From NCBI GenBank assembly GCA_041750285.1, contig JBGSZS010000018.1, positions 224,001-288,000 on the forward strand: a stretch of DNA of 64,000 nucleotides, given 5' to 3'. This DNA comes from Candidatus Fermentibacteraceae bacterium. GTDB taxonomy: Bacteria; Fermentibacterota; Fermentibacteria; Fermentibacterales; JCC-6. The position numbers and the translations under genes were made by a program. Below, in pieces: positions 1 to 9,416 of the stretch. Numbering within the stretch: position 1 is the stretch's first letter; every line of letters starts with the position of its first letter. A model generated the notes under the pieces. It did no database searches and was not told where the DNA came from. It saw only the letters and a list, made by a program, of their open reading frames with translations.

Positions 1-373
1 CGGGAGACAGTGAGCAGCAGCCCAGGCAGGCAACCGTGTGCAGCGTGAAAAGCATGTCTTCCGTGGTGCCGCCCGGAGCCACCCCGAGTTCTATGGAGAG
101 CGCCTCGACGATTCTCCCGGCACCCGCCACATGGCAGGCGGTTCCCGTGCATACCCGGATTATGTGCCTGCCGGACGGGGTGAACGAGAACTGGCTGTAA
201 AACGAGGCCACCCCGTAGATCTGGGCTTCAGGCTCCCCCGTGGCTTCCGCGATTTTGGCAATGGTATCCCTTGAAATGAACCCGAACTCTGTCTGGGCCG
301 CCTGAAGCAGGGGGATCACCGCCTCGGAGCTTCCCCGGGATTCGCGGGCCAGTTCAGCGAAGGATCGCTTCAT
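1..373 (-). CDS. NuoE/HydC-like [2Fe-2S] thioredoxin-like subunit of an NADH-dependent oxidoreductase (3' end runs off window)
   Basis: Not in ORF track. Manual translation MKRSFAELARESRGSSEAVIPLLQAAQTEFGFIS...GVASFYSQF...IRVCTGTACHVAG...FTLHTVACLGCCSLSP has the CxGxxC and CLGxC motifs. GGAAAGGA RBS upstream. Confidence 0.9.
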   Translation of the reverse strand, partial: MKRSFAELARESRGSSEAVIPLLQAAQTEFGFISRDTIAKIAEATGEPEAQIYGVASFYSQFSFTPSGRHIIRVCTGTACHVAGAGRIVEALSIELGVAPGGTTEDMLFTLHTVACLGCCSLSP

Positions 374-427
374 GCACTTTCCTTTCCGTTGGCATCCGAA
401 ACAACTGAAAACGGTCCTGAAACTGAG

Positions 428-456
428 AGGGGGCACCACCAAAAGCAGCGCCCCCT
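428..456 (-). terminator. Stem-loop downstream of gdh
   Basis: AGGGGGCGCUGC-loop-GUGGUGCCCCCU hairpin about 40 nt after the gdh stop; weak U tail. Confidence 0.5.
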
Positions 457-496
457 TTAGCTTACATCAGCAAACTAAACTAACTAAGTCCGTCCC

Positions 497-1849
497 CTAG
501 ACGACGCCCTGGGCGATCATGGCGTTGGCGACCTTCATGAAGCCGGCGGCGTTCGCACCAAGGACGTAGTTGCCGGGCTTGCCGTACTTCTCGGCGGCGT
601 CGTAGGCCTGGCGGTGGATGTTGATCATGATCTGGTGGAGCTTCTTGTCCACCTCTTCCTTGCTCCAGCATGTGAATGCCGCGTTCTGGGCCATCTCGAG
701 ACCGCTGGTGGCCACTCCGCCGGCGTTCGCCGCCTTGCCGGGGCCGTAGAGAAGGTGCTTGTCAACGAAGATCTCCACGCCTTCGGGGGTGGTGGGCATG
801 TTGGCGCCCTCGGAAACAAGGAACACGCCGTTGTTCACGAGGTTCCGGGCGTCCTTCCCGTTGATCTCGTTCTGGGTCGCGCTTGGGAAGGCGCAGTCCG
901 CCTTGTGGTTCCAGAGCGGGTTGTAGTCGAGGTCGGGGTCGACGGCGGTGTAGACGGCCTTCGGGTACTTGTCCGCGTATTCGCTGATCCTGCCGCGGCG
1001 GACGTTCTTGAGGTTCATCACGAAGTCGAGTTTCTCGGCGGTGATGCCCTCTTCATCGTAGATGTAGCCGGAGCTGTCGCTGAGCGTGACGACCTTGCCG
1101 CCGAGCTGGTTGATCTTCTCGGTCGTGTACTGTGCCACGTTGCCGCTGCCCGAGACGAGACAGGTGAGGCCCTGGTAGTTCTTGCCCCTGGTCTTGAGCA
1201 TCTCCTCACCGAAATAGACCGAACCGTAGCCGGTGGCCTGGGGTCTGATGAGGCTTCCGCCGTACTCGAGGCCCTTGCCCGTGAGCACGCCGCTCCACTC
1301 GTTGCGAAGCTTCTTGTACTGGCCGAACATGAAGCCGATCTCGCGGCCGCCCACGCCGATGTCACCCGCCGGAACGTCGGTGTAGGGACCGATGTGGCGG
1401 AAGAGCTCGCTCATGAGGCTCTGGCAGAACCGCATGACCTCAAGGTCGCTCTTGCCCTTGGGGTCGAAGTCGCTGCCGCCCTTGCCGCCGCCCATGGGGA
1501 CGCCGGTCAGCGCGTTCTTGAAGATCTGTTCGAATCCCAGGAACTTGAGGATGCCAAGGTTCACCGAGGGGTGAAAACGCATTCCGCCCTTGTAGGGGCC
1601 GATGGCGCCGTTGAACTCGATGCGGAAACCGCGGTTGACCATTATCTCGCCGTCGTCGGTGGTCCAGGGGATCCTGAACATGATGACGCGCTCGGGCTCG
1701 ACCAGACGCTCGACGATCTTCATCCGGCGAAGCTCGGGATGCTTCTCAAGCACTACCTCGAGGCTCTCGAGAACCTCTTGTACAGCCTGGTGGAACTCGG
1801 GCTGATTGGGATCCTTTTCAACTACGCTTCTGTAGATGTCGTTCAACAT
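497..1849 (-). CDS. gdhA: Glutamate dehydrogenase (NADP-type family)
   Basis: GPYKGGMRFHP, GGGKGGSDFDP, DVPAGDIGVG, GSGNVA, PGKAANAGGV. Start re-called to MLNDIY (GGAGG upstream). Confidence 0.95.
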   Translation of the reverse strand: MLNDIYRSVVEKDPNQPEFHQAVQEVLESLEVVLEKHPELRRMKIVERLVEPERVIMFRIPWTTDDGEIMVNRGFRIEFNGAIGPYKGGMRFHPSVNLGILKFLGFEQIFKNALTGVPMGGGKGGSDFDPKGKSDLEVMRFCQSLMSELFRHIGPYTDVPAGDIGVGGREIGFMFGQYKKLRNEWSGVLTGKGLEYGGSLIRPQATGYGSVYFGEEMLKTRGKNYQGLTCLVSGSGNVAQYTTEKINQLGGKVVTLSDSSGYIYDEEGITAEKLDFVMNLKNVRRGRISEYADKYPKAVYTAVDPDLDYNPLWNHKADCAFPSATQNEINGKDARNLVNNGVFLVSEGANMPTTPEGVEIFVDKHLLYGPGKAANAGGVATSGLEMAQNAAFTCWSKEEVDKKLHQIMINIHRQAYDAAEKYGKPGNYVLGANAAGFMKVANAMIAQGVV

Positions 1850-1942
1850 CCCTCGAACCTCCAACAGATTAGGGCTTCGCCAGGTAAACGGAACACTCCG
1901 GATCACGCGGTGAATCCATACCGTTCAACCCGGAGCATTTTG

Positions 1943-1970
1943 AATATATCCGCGGCGCAGGTCAGGTCAA
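1943..1970 (-). promoter_or_regulatory. Putative sigma70 promoter of gdh
   Basis: TTGACC-16 nt-TATATT. Confidence 0.45.
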
Positions 1971-2795
1971 TGCGTGGATGTGTTCCCTGATCCTGCGAAG
2001 GCCGGAGAGCCTGTCGCAGTCGTCCCCCGGCGTTTCGAGAACCGCCGGCAGACCGCTGAAACCGGGAAACGACTCGATCGCTGCAAGGGCTTCGATTCCG
2101 ATCAATCCTTCGCCGGGCTTCTCATGCCTGTCGCTTCCGCTTCCCCTCTCCACCTTCGAGTCGTTGAGGTGGAACGCCCTCAGCGAAGTGCCGAAGATGT
2201 CCTGAAGCACTCCGCAGAAGGCCATGGCCCCCTTCACGGTATCAAGTTCGTACCCCCGCCCGTGGGCGTGGGCCGTATCGATGCAGGCGCCTGTCCTGCC
2301 CGGAAGGCCAATGAGAGCGAGCATCTCCCGCAGTTCAGAAAGATCTCCGCAAAGGGAGTTTCCGGCCCCCACAGTGTTCTCGAGCAGAAGCACCGTGTCC
2401 GGGGAGCAGTTCTCGAGAACCGCGCGGATCGCTGCTGCGGCCTGCGCGATGGCAGCCCCCCTCTCATGACCGGTCGCGGAACCGGGGTGAAGAACGCAAA
2501 GACGAATCCCGAGCGCCGAGCACCGGGCGAGCTCCGAACCGAGCGCATCTGTAGATCGTGCGAGAAAGTCGGGCCTGCATGAAGCCATGTTGACAAGGTA
2601 CGAGCAGTGGGAGATGTAAACGACTCCCGCGGAAAGGTTTCTGAACTCTTCAACCACGGCGCCGGTCACGGGGCCTTCGCTGTATCTCCTGGGGTTCGAG
2701 GTGAAGATCTGGGCTGACGGTATGCCCATTGCTGAAACCCTTGCCGCACATGCGGCAAGACCCCCCGCCGCCGAGGCATGGATGCCGGTCAGCAA
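1962..2795 (-). CDS. nfo: Endonuclease IV (deoxyribonuclease IV)
   Basis: GIHAS, HCSYLVN, LHPG, LLENT, CIDTAH, HLNDS, DRH, ETP metal ligands. TTG start overlaps the end of the upstream gene. Confidence 0.9.
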   Translation of the reverse strand: MLTGIHASAAGGLAACAARVSAMGIPSAQIFTSNPRRYSEGPVTGAVVEEFRNLSAGVVYISHCSYLVNMASCRPDFLARSTDALGSELARCSALGIRLCVLHPGSATGHERGAAIAQAAAAIRAVLENCSPDTVLLLENTVGAGNSLCGDLSELREMLALIGLPGRTGACIDTAHAHGRGYELDTVKGAMAFCGVLQDIFGTSLRAFHLNDSKVERGSGSDRHEKPGEGLIGIEALAAIESFPGFSGLPAVLETPGDDCDRLSGLRRIREHIHALT

Positions 2796-3955
2796 GCGAT
2801 GAACCTGTTTCGAAAGTGTTCCGGAGTCACGTGCGCGGCCGCCGTCAGCCCGGCCCTGACTCTCCCTAGCCCTTCCCACCACGCTCCGCAGTTGCGCCAG
2901 GCGTCATCGAGCGCCCTGTGGGTTGAGGGACCTGGAAGGGCGGCGTTACCCGGCTCGATGAGCGTCTCGAGCCCGGCCATCTCCATGAAGCGGGAACACT
3001 TGCTGGAGTAGGGAACGGCCACGGGAAGCGCTCCCGCGACTACAGACAGTATCGCCCCGTGAAGCGGCGTGGTCACCATCACACGGCAGCCCGCGATAAG
3101 CACAAGCGCATGCTCGACTGTATCGAACTCAGCGATCGATGCCCTGCCATGGTGTTCCATGGCGCCCAGAACAAGCCGGCAGAACGAAAGGTCGTCGTTG
3201 GAGAGGGTGCCGGTGTGAAAGGGAAAAAGCAGTGCTGTTCCATCGTTTGCGTCCAGATGCCGGTCGAGCATCCCGGCCCATGCCGCCACTGCGGGTGAAG
3301 GGTCTTCCGCACGGTAGCCCGGTATCCTCCTTCTCAACTCGAGGGGCAGCAGGGCCCCCTTCCTGTTCATGACGTTCCTGGGGGCAACGCCGAGTATCCG
3401 TGAATCCACCGGCCCGGCTTCGAAATCGCTTCCGAGCAGAAGGGCGGAATCGGCGGCTGATTTCAGCACGGGGGATGTGAAGCCCCATTCGATAAGGGTG
3501 GAGTAGGTTGCCCGGTCGCGGGCCGTTATCCCTTCGCACGAAGCGAGCGCGAACCTTGCACAGGGGGGGGTGGTTCGCGCGAGTTCTCCCTTCCTGCCGA
3601 TGCCCACTGCCCAGCAGAAGGACCGGCGGCGGAACAGCCGGGCCAGAACGAGGGGCATCAGGTTGAAGGGCGAGTAGAGAAGGCTGGACCTGTCCTGAAG
3701 GAGCTCGCCTCCCCCCACGACGACCACATCGGCCCACCTGACGCCCGAAAGCATCGCGTCAAGTCTTCCGTGCCCCGTGTTAAAAGCCTTCACACCGGGA
3801 TAGCAGGAACCGGTGCGGGATGGATCGGCGGACATGACTCCCACAAGGGCGTTCATGGCGGAAAGACTGCGGAACTGCGAGAGGAGGATGGCGCTGTCGC
3901 CCAGGTTCGACCCGCCCGCCTCCAACTCGCCCCAACTGGCTGAAAAGACCTTCAG
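2789..3955 (-). CDS. Polysaccharide pyruvyl transferase family protein
   Basis: N-terminal KVFSASWG...NLGD, VVVGGGELLQD, GIG, ITARD, ADSA, LHGAI, YSSK. Probable CTG start at 3955 or 3964. Confidence 0.8.
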   Translation of the reverse strand: MKVFSASWGELEAGGSNLGDSAILLSQFRSLSAMNALVGVMSADPSRTGSCYPGVKAFNTGHGRLDAMLSGVRWADVVVVGGGELLQDRSSLLYSPFNLMPLVLARLFRRRSFCWAVGIGRKGELARTTPPCARFALASCEGITARDRATYSTLIEWGFTSPVLKSAADSALLLGSDFEAGPVDSRILGVAPRNVMNRKGALLPLELRRRIPGYRAEDPSPAVAAWAGMLDRHLDANDGTALLFPFHTGTLSNDDLSFCRLVLGAMEHHGRASIAEFDTVEHALVLIAGCRVMVTTPLHGAILSVVAGALPVAVPYSSKCSRFMEMAGLETLIEPGNAALPGPSTHRALDDAWRNCGAWWEGLGRVRAGLTAAAHVTPEHFRNRFIAC

Positions 3956-6336
3956 CGGGCGCAGTTGAACTCCCGCAGGGTGTTGGCCATCTGACGGAGA
4001 CGGGCGTCGGCAAGCCCCATTACCGACCGGGGCGGGTATTTGCCGCCTTCATCGGTGACCCCCGCGGGGTGGCCGGTGAGCAGTTCAATGCCCTGGCAGA
4101 TCGTGGACACAGGGTATATCCTGAACTTGCCGGACCTTACAGCGTCAACCACTTCCATGTCGAGTTGAAGGTTTACAAGGTTCGAGGTGGGGATGAGCAC
4201 GCCCTGCGTTCCGGTCAGACCCCTCTCGCTGCAGAGCCTGAAGAAGCCCTCGATCTTCTCGTTCACACCCCCTATCGCCTGAATCTCGCCGAACTGGTTC
4301 ACCGACCCGGTCACCGCAAGGTCCTGCCGGAGAGGCAGGTTCGAAAGGGCGCTGAGCAGGGCGTAAAGCTCGGTCGAACTGGCGCTGTCTCCGTCCACCC
4401 CGCCGTAGCTCTGTTCAAATACTATCCCGGCGGTGAGGCTGAGGGGATAGTCGGAGGCGAAGCGGTTCCTGAGATAGCCTGCGATGACCTCGATGCCCTT
4501 GGTGTGTGTGGGACCGGACATTTCCGATTCGCGCTCGACGTTCACCAGCCCTTCCCTGCCGGGGGCGACGCTGACCGTTATCCGGGCGGGAAGCCCGAAG
4601 GCGTAGTCAACTCCGTGGTAGACGGCCAGCCCGTTCACCATTCCGACCCTGGAGCCCTGAGTGTCCACAAGCACCTGGCCGTCCAGTATGCCCTGAAGGG
4701 CGTGGTCGGCGGACAGGCTGAGGCGGAGTTTCTTCTCGGATATGGCCCTTTTCACGTCTTCGGCGGTGACGACCGTCCTGCCGCTTCGTGACGCCCAGTA
4801 GGAGGCCTGCCTGACGTAGTCTGCGATATGGTTGAACTCGAGGCTCAGCCTGTCCTGCCTGCCCGTTAACCGTGCCGCCTGTTCGCACACCATGGCCATT
4901 CCCGAAGGGTCGAGGGGCAGCAACTGCTCCTGGCTGGTTATGTAGGCGATCACCCGTGAGAAATCCATCAGGTTCTCGTCGCTGAGCACCATGCTGTCGT
5001 CGAAGTCGGCCCTGATACGGAACAGCAGGCCGAACTCGGGATCGTTGCCGGCCAGCATCATGTAAAGCCAGGCGGACCCGATCATAATGACCTTGACGTT
5101 GACCTCGACGGGTTCGGGCTGCAGTTCCACAGCGCCGAAGACACGCATCATGTCGGTTGCGCGGATGATCGCGGTCCGGTTCTTGAGGGTCTGGGACAGC
5201 GTCTGCCAGAGACCGGGGTAGCGCACGACGTCCATGGCGTCGAGTATGAGGAAGCCGCCGTTCGCCTTCAGGTAGGAGCCGGCGCTTATCATCATGTGGT
5301 CGCTGTAGGGCTTGTTCTCCACCATGATGCGGTCGATGGTGCCGAAAAGGCTTGACGGGTCGGGAAAGCTCTCGACAACCACGGGGCGGGTCTTCCTCTC
5401 CGAATTGTCGACGAGGAGGTTGACTTTGAACACGTAGTAGGGATCAGATTCGGAGGATTCCCCGGCGAACGCCTCGAGATTCTCCAGGATCGTGTTAGCG
5501 ACGCCTTCGGCGAAATCCTCGAGGGCTTCGCCTCCCCCTAGGTGTTTCAACTGGTCGGTAATGCCGACAACGGTTGGCCTCACCAACTCCACAAGAAGCT
5601 CATCCAGGGCGGTCTTGGCCTGCATGTCGTTGTCGTGGCTTCTCCTGAGCGCTTCGCTGAGCTTCTGGAACAGCTTCTCGTGCTTTTCCCTGATCTCGGC
5701 CATTTTCTCTTCGGTCAGCGCGCCCGCCGACAGCATCTCGCGGAGCTGCTCGTGGGTCACGGGCTTTTCGTCTATGACGGGCAGAACCTCGGGGCGGACC
5801 TGGCCTGAGGGAGTCGTGATGCTCACCAGGGCGAATCCCGCTTTCTGGGATTCGATGGTCACTGCCTTCATGAGGTCTTCCTTCTTTTCTGAAAAGCTCC
5901 TCAGAAGACGGCTTCGCTCTCCGGCGGTTCGCTCGCTCTGCAGGACGGCGGGAATGTTGCGTTTCAGAAGCTCGACGCAGCTGTCGATGGTTTCCCTGAG
6001 CTTCCTTCCGCATCCCGCGGGAAGAAGGAGAACCCTCGGTTTCGCCGAGTCCTCGAAGTTGTAGACGTAGCAGATGTCCTGCAGGGAGTCGGTGGTTATG
6101 TCGATCCTGTCGAGTATCCGCTTCACGGTGGTTTCCCGCCCGCTTCCGGGAACACCGGTGATGAACATGTTGTACCCTGAACTCGGGATCTCCAGCCCCA
6201 GCCGCACGGCCCCCACAGCCCTGTCCTGGCCGACTATCCTCTCGGTGGGCTTGAGCTCTCCGCTCGTCTTGAACCGGAAGCGCGACGGTTTGCACCTCCA
6301 CCTGAGATCGGCGGGCTTTACGGGCTTGATTGGCAT
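3952..6336 (-). CDS. Lon-family protease, LonC/AAA_32 type
   Basis: IVGQDRA, coiled-coil insertion, KANGGFLIL, GDSASS catalytic Ser, GGVNEKIEGF catalytic Lys. Start MPIKP after GGAGG. Confidence 0.9.
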   Translation of the reverse strand: MPIKPVKPADLRWRCKPSRFRFKTSGELKPTERIVGQDRAVGAVRLGLEIPSSGYNMFITGVPGSGRETTVKRILDRIDITTDSLQDICYVYNFEDSAKPRVLLLPAGCGRKLRETIDSCVELLKRNIPAVLQSERTAGERSRLLRSFSEKKEDLMKAVTIESQKAGFALVSITTPSGQVRPEVLPVIDEKPVTHEQLREMLSAGALTEEKMAEIREKHEKLFQKLSEALRRSHDNDMQAKTALDELLVELVRPTVVGITDQLKHLGGGEALEDFAEGVANTILENLEAFAGESSESDPYYVFKVNLLVDNSERKTRPVVVESFPDPSSLFGTIDRIMVENKPYSDHMMISAGSYLKANGGFLILDAMDVVRYPGLWQTLSQTLKNRTAIIRATDMMRVFGAVELQPEPVEVNVKVIMIGSAWLYMMLAGNDPEFGLLFRIRADFDDSMVLSDENLMDFSRVIAYITSQEQLLPLDPSGMAMVCEQAARLTGRQDRLSLEFNHIADYVRQASYWASRSGRTVVTAEDVKRAISEKKLRLSLSADHALQGILDGQVLVDTQGSRVGMVNGLAVYHGVDYAFGLPARITVSVAPGREGLVNVERESEMSGPTHTKGIEVIAGYLRNRFASDYPLSLTAGIVFEQSYGGVDGDSASSTELYALLSALSNLPLRQDLAVTGSVNQFGEIQAIGGVNEKIEGFFRLCSERGLTGTQGVLIPTSNLVNLQLDMEVVDAVRSGKFRIYPVSTICQGIELLTGHPAGVTDEGGKYPPRSVMGLADARLRQMANTLREFNCAR

Positions 6337-6392
6337 GTGAACCTCCCGGTTTGTGCGGACCTGCATCGGTAAGAATATGAAAAGAAACGGCT

Positions 6393-9179
6393 TCAGCCCA
6401 GTATCGGCCCGGGCAGGACCCCTGTGGCGGCAATCCGGGCGCCGGCCTCGGCCCTGCAGACGACCACCAGCGTTGAGCCTTCCCGCCGGAGCAGGAGTTC
6501 GGCGTCACGATAGAGGGGGGAAGGCAGGAAGACATCCTGTACGCCGGTCGGATCCTCAAGCATCAGGAATCCGGCGCCCCCGGGAAGGGAACGGCCCGCC
6601 ATGACCCTGCCCCACAGGCGCAGATTTCCCGCCCTTGACGCTTCGGAAAGGGGAAGCGTATCGGGGGGTCTTTCCAGCACCTCGAGCGGATGAAGGACGG
6701 TGGTTATCCCCATGACCTGCATCTCGGCCCTGACCCTGTAGGCCGGCGTGTATTCGGGAAGTTTCGGGGGGGGTACCCCCTCGGGGAACAGACCGGTTCC
6801 GCGGCTCTTCACTGCCCAGACGGCTTCGGGGCGGGCCAGACCCAGTTCGTCGAAACACCCGGCAACCGCCATTGCCGAGGCCAGAACCGGGCCGATCCCC
6901 GCGTCCCTGATCCCCGCCGGACTCCTGAAGGGTCTGGCTTCCCTCACTTTGCCGTATTCGCTCTCGCCCATCCCCCGTATCAGACACATGCCCAGCATCA
7001 GTGCGCCGTCCTCCGTTGCCCGGCACAGCCACCCGCCGGTGTTCACGCCGGGGGAAACGATTCTGATGCCCATGCGCCTGGCTTCCTCCACATAGACCGC
7101 CTGGGAGTAGAAACCCCCTCCCGCTGCCATGAAGGCCGCCATGGCACGGGCGGGACTGCGGGCCTTCAGGCCGGCGAAAACGCAGGCTTCCAACGCGTAG
7201 GTCATGGCGTGTGCCTTGCAGAACCCGTAACCTGCGTAACCCGATAAAAGCTCCCAGCCCCTCTGCGCAGTTTCCGGGGAGTGCCCGGCGGCAAGGCACA
7301 GATCCACGACCTCTTCCCTCTCTATCTGCCCGGCCTTCAGCCTCCTTCGCATCAGGTCACCCCGGGCCGACGGAAGTCCGAGGAGTATGCACGCCGCCTC
7401 GGACACGTCCTCCTGGTACAGCATTACACCCCTGTTCTCCCTGAGCAGATTCCTGAGGCAGTCAGGCGTCCGGGAGTCACCGCCGCTCCTGTATGCGGCC
7501 CGCCCCCCCCCGGCAGAGGCTCCAGGGCGAACCAGGGCCAGGGCGCGGGCCACATCCTCGACATCCCGTATCGTCATTTCCCTGAGAAGGGCTCTCATGG
7601 CGGGGCTTTCCACATGTGGAACGCCTATCGTGGCGCCTCTGTTGAGAAGGGCGAGGGTCGGAGCGTCGAGGGATTCCACTTCTCCCGCGAGTCCACCGAT
7701 CTCACCCCCCGAAGCGGCCGCAATTGCGGAAAGACCCCTGTGACCAAGCAGGTCCATCTTCAGAAGACCGATGAACTCAACCCCGTCCTTGTCGAACTGT
7801 GTCACCTCCAGTCCGCCAGTGCACCCCTGAAGAGGTATCCTGGAGGCAGCCGAGCCGTTGCAGAGCACCAGCCCGCACGGGTGGGGGCCGATCCCTGCGG
7901 GAAGCCCCTTCAGAAGCCCGGCGTTCTCCAGTATCGAGCCGTTGGTACCCCTGCGCCATACCGGTTCAGAAGGGTTCCCGGCAGCCCGGGCCAGAACCTC
8001 GACTTCGTCGGGGCCAAGACCCGACGCCGTGGCACTGAACCTGACAGCGGACCGGGAGCGGTAGCTTCCAATGGCGGAGACCGCCGCGGCCCGTCCGCCC
8101 CAGCGGTTCATCAGCCAGCCGAACACCTCGTCCCTCCTTGTGCTGTCGATGTCGAGATCTATGTCGGGCGGTCTGCTGCGGAGCGGATTGAAGAACCTGG
8201 GGAAGGATAGGCCAAAGCGGACGGGGCACACGGCGGACAGCCCAAGAAGCCTCGCCACGAGGCTTCCGCCCGCCGAACCCCTTGCAACGGCGAGTATCTC
8301 TTTCTCACGGCAGTAAGTGATGATCTCGTGAAAGGCCAGGAAATACCCGCAGAGGTTTGCGCCGGCCAGATCCGTGAACTCCTGGTCAAGCCTCGCCGAT
8401 GCCGCCCCGGAACCGCGATAAAGGTCAGCCAGCCGGGCGAGCAGTATCCCCCGCAGCCTCTCCGGATCATCGGGGCCCATGACGGGGGGATCGTAGGGCC
8501 TTTCCCGGGGCTCGCAAGCGGCTTCCTCGAGAAGAGCTTCGTTGGCCCTGACCGCCTCACGCGGCCATTCACCACCTTCAGGAAGCATCCTGAGGTGATC
8601 GGGCATCACATCGTGGCCAACCCATGGTTCGTCGAGGAGGAGATCGACCTTCCTGAGCATGCGGTGGACAAGCTTCGAATCAGCGCCTGCGAACATGCAG
8701 GGAGACGCCGCGACGGGCAGAACGCCCCCGGAAAGGTTGGGAGACGTCTCACCGGGGAGCACAGGATGGTAGATTCGGCCGCGAAAGCCCTCTGCCCTGA
8801 GCTTTGCGGCGCCCTCGAACCCGGTTGAGACAAAGGCGAACAGCCTGTCGGAATCTCCGATCGCCTGCTCGGGCGGAACCCTGCCGGGAAGATGGGTCGA
8901 GGTGATCAGACGGCAGAGCTGTCCCCAGCCTCCCTCAAGTGCTCCCGTGACAAGCATGCCCCCCGGGAGTGTGACATGGGCTCCGGGAATCACCTTCAAC
9001 CCTAGCCTGCCACAGGCCAGGACCATCCTGTGAAGACCGTACACACCCCCAAGGTCCGCCATCATGACGCCCTGAAACCCCGCTCTGTAAGCCGCTTCAG
9101 CGAGGGTTTCCGGGGTGTCGGTGCCGTACCTGAAACTGAACGCACTCTTCACCCACAAAAGGCACCCGGGAATCGCCAT
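6393..9179 (-). CDS. dnaE2: C-family DNA polymerase III alpha-like, DnaE2 (error-prone) type, compact
   Basis: Degenerate PHP domain, ARGSAGGSLV, PDIDLD, HPCG, KMDLLG, YQED, GFCKAHA, C-terminal OB fold (FLMLEDPTG). Confidence 0.8.
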   Translation of the reverse strand: MAIPGCLLWVKSAFSFRYGTDTPETLAEAAYRAGFQGVMMADLGGVYGLHRMVLACGRLGLKVIPGAHVTLPGGMLVTGALEGGWGQLCRLITSTHLPGRVPPEQAIGDSDRLFAFVSTGFEGAAKLRAEGFRGRIYHPVLPGETSPNLSGGVLPVAASPCMFAGADSKLVHRMLRKVDLLLDEPWVGHDVMPDHLRMLPEGGEWPREAVRANEALLEEAACEPRERPYDPPVMGPDDPERLRGILLARLADLYRGSGAASARLDQEFTDLAGANLCGYFLAFHEIITYCREKEILAVARGSAGGSLVARLLGLSAVCPVRFGLSFPRFFNPLRSRPPDIDLDIDSTRRDEVFGWLMNRWGGRAAAVSAIGSYRSRSAVRFSATASGLGPDEVEVLARAAGNPSEPVWRRGTNGSILENAGLLKGLPAGIGPHPCGLVLCNGSAASRIPLQGCTGGLEVTQFDKDGVEFIGLLKMDLLGHRGLSAIAAASGGEIGGLAGEVESLDAPTLALLNRGATIGVPHVESPAMRALLREMTIRDVEDVARALALVRPGASAGGGRAAYRSGGDSRTPDCLRNLLRENRGVMLYQEDVSEAACILLGLPSARGDLMRRRLKAGQIEREEVVDLCLAAGHSPETAQRGWELLSGYAGYGFCKAHAMTYALEACVFAGLKARSPARAMAAFMAAGGGFYSQAVYVEEARRMGIRIVSPGVNTGGWLCRATEDGALMLGMCLIRGMGESEYGKVREARPFRSPAGIRDAGIGPVLASAMAVAGCFDELGLARPEAVWAVKSRGTGLFPEGVPPPKLPEYTPAYRVRAEMQVMGITTVLHPLEVLERPPDTLPLSEASRAGNLRLWGRVMAGRSLPGGAGFLMLEDPTGVQDVFLPSPLYRDAELLLRREGSTLVVVCRAEAGARIAATGVLPGPILG

Positions 9180-9184
9180 TCCCG

Positions 9185-9193
9185 ATTATAGCA
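9185..9193 (-). promoter_or_regulatory. Extended -10 promoter directly before the dnaE2 ATG (leaderless candidate)
   Basis: TGcTATAAT-cggga-ATG with no SD, inside the palindrome CCCGATT-N5-AATCGGG (9181-9199). Confidence 0.6.
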
Positions 9194-9416
9194 ATCGGGG
9201 GACACGCAATCTGGGGACACGGTACTTGATGGAAGGCATTCAACAAAGCACGACAGTGAACGGACACGGCATGAGTGACCATAGTCAAAGAGATGCAGCA
9301 CATGGTCTTACAATGGGAGTGCGCCGTCAGTGAATACGGGCAGGCAACGGAAAAGACCGAATGATCCAGGATATTGGCATCGTTTCACCCGGGATTGGCA
9401 TCGTGTCCCCCGAATT
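9191..9416. repeat. REP/MITE-like element with duplicated inverted termini
   Basis: Left end gcaatc(g/t)ggggacac x2 (9191-9220). Right end attggcatcgt(tt/gt)c(a/c)cccg x2 (9373-9414), ending cgtgtcccccgaatt, which is the near reverse complement of the left unit. Confidence 0.6.

Noticed and set aside
60..90. Possible frameshift in the NuoE-like gene
   Set aside because: On re-reading, the frame is continuous (ELGVAPGGTTEDMLF).
614..1990. 458-aa ORF antisense to gdh (similar long antisense ORFs at 26721-27887, 10619-11572 and others)
   Set aside because: Shadow frames caused by high GC3 in real opposite-strand genes; no motifs or RBS.
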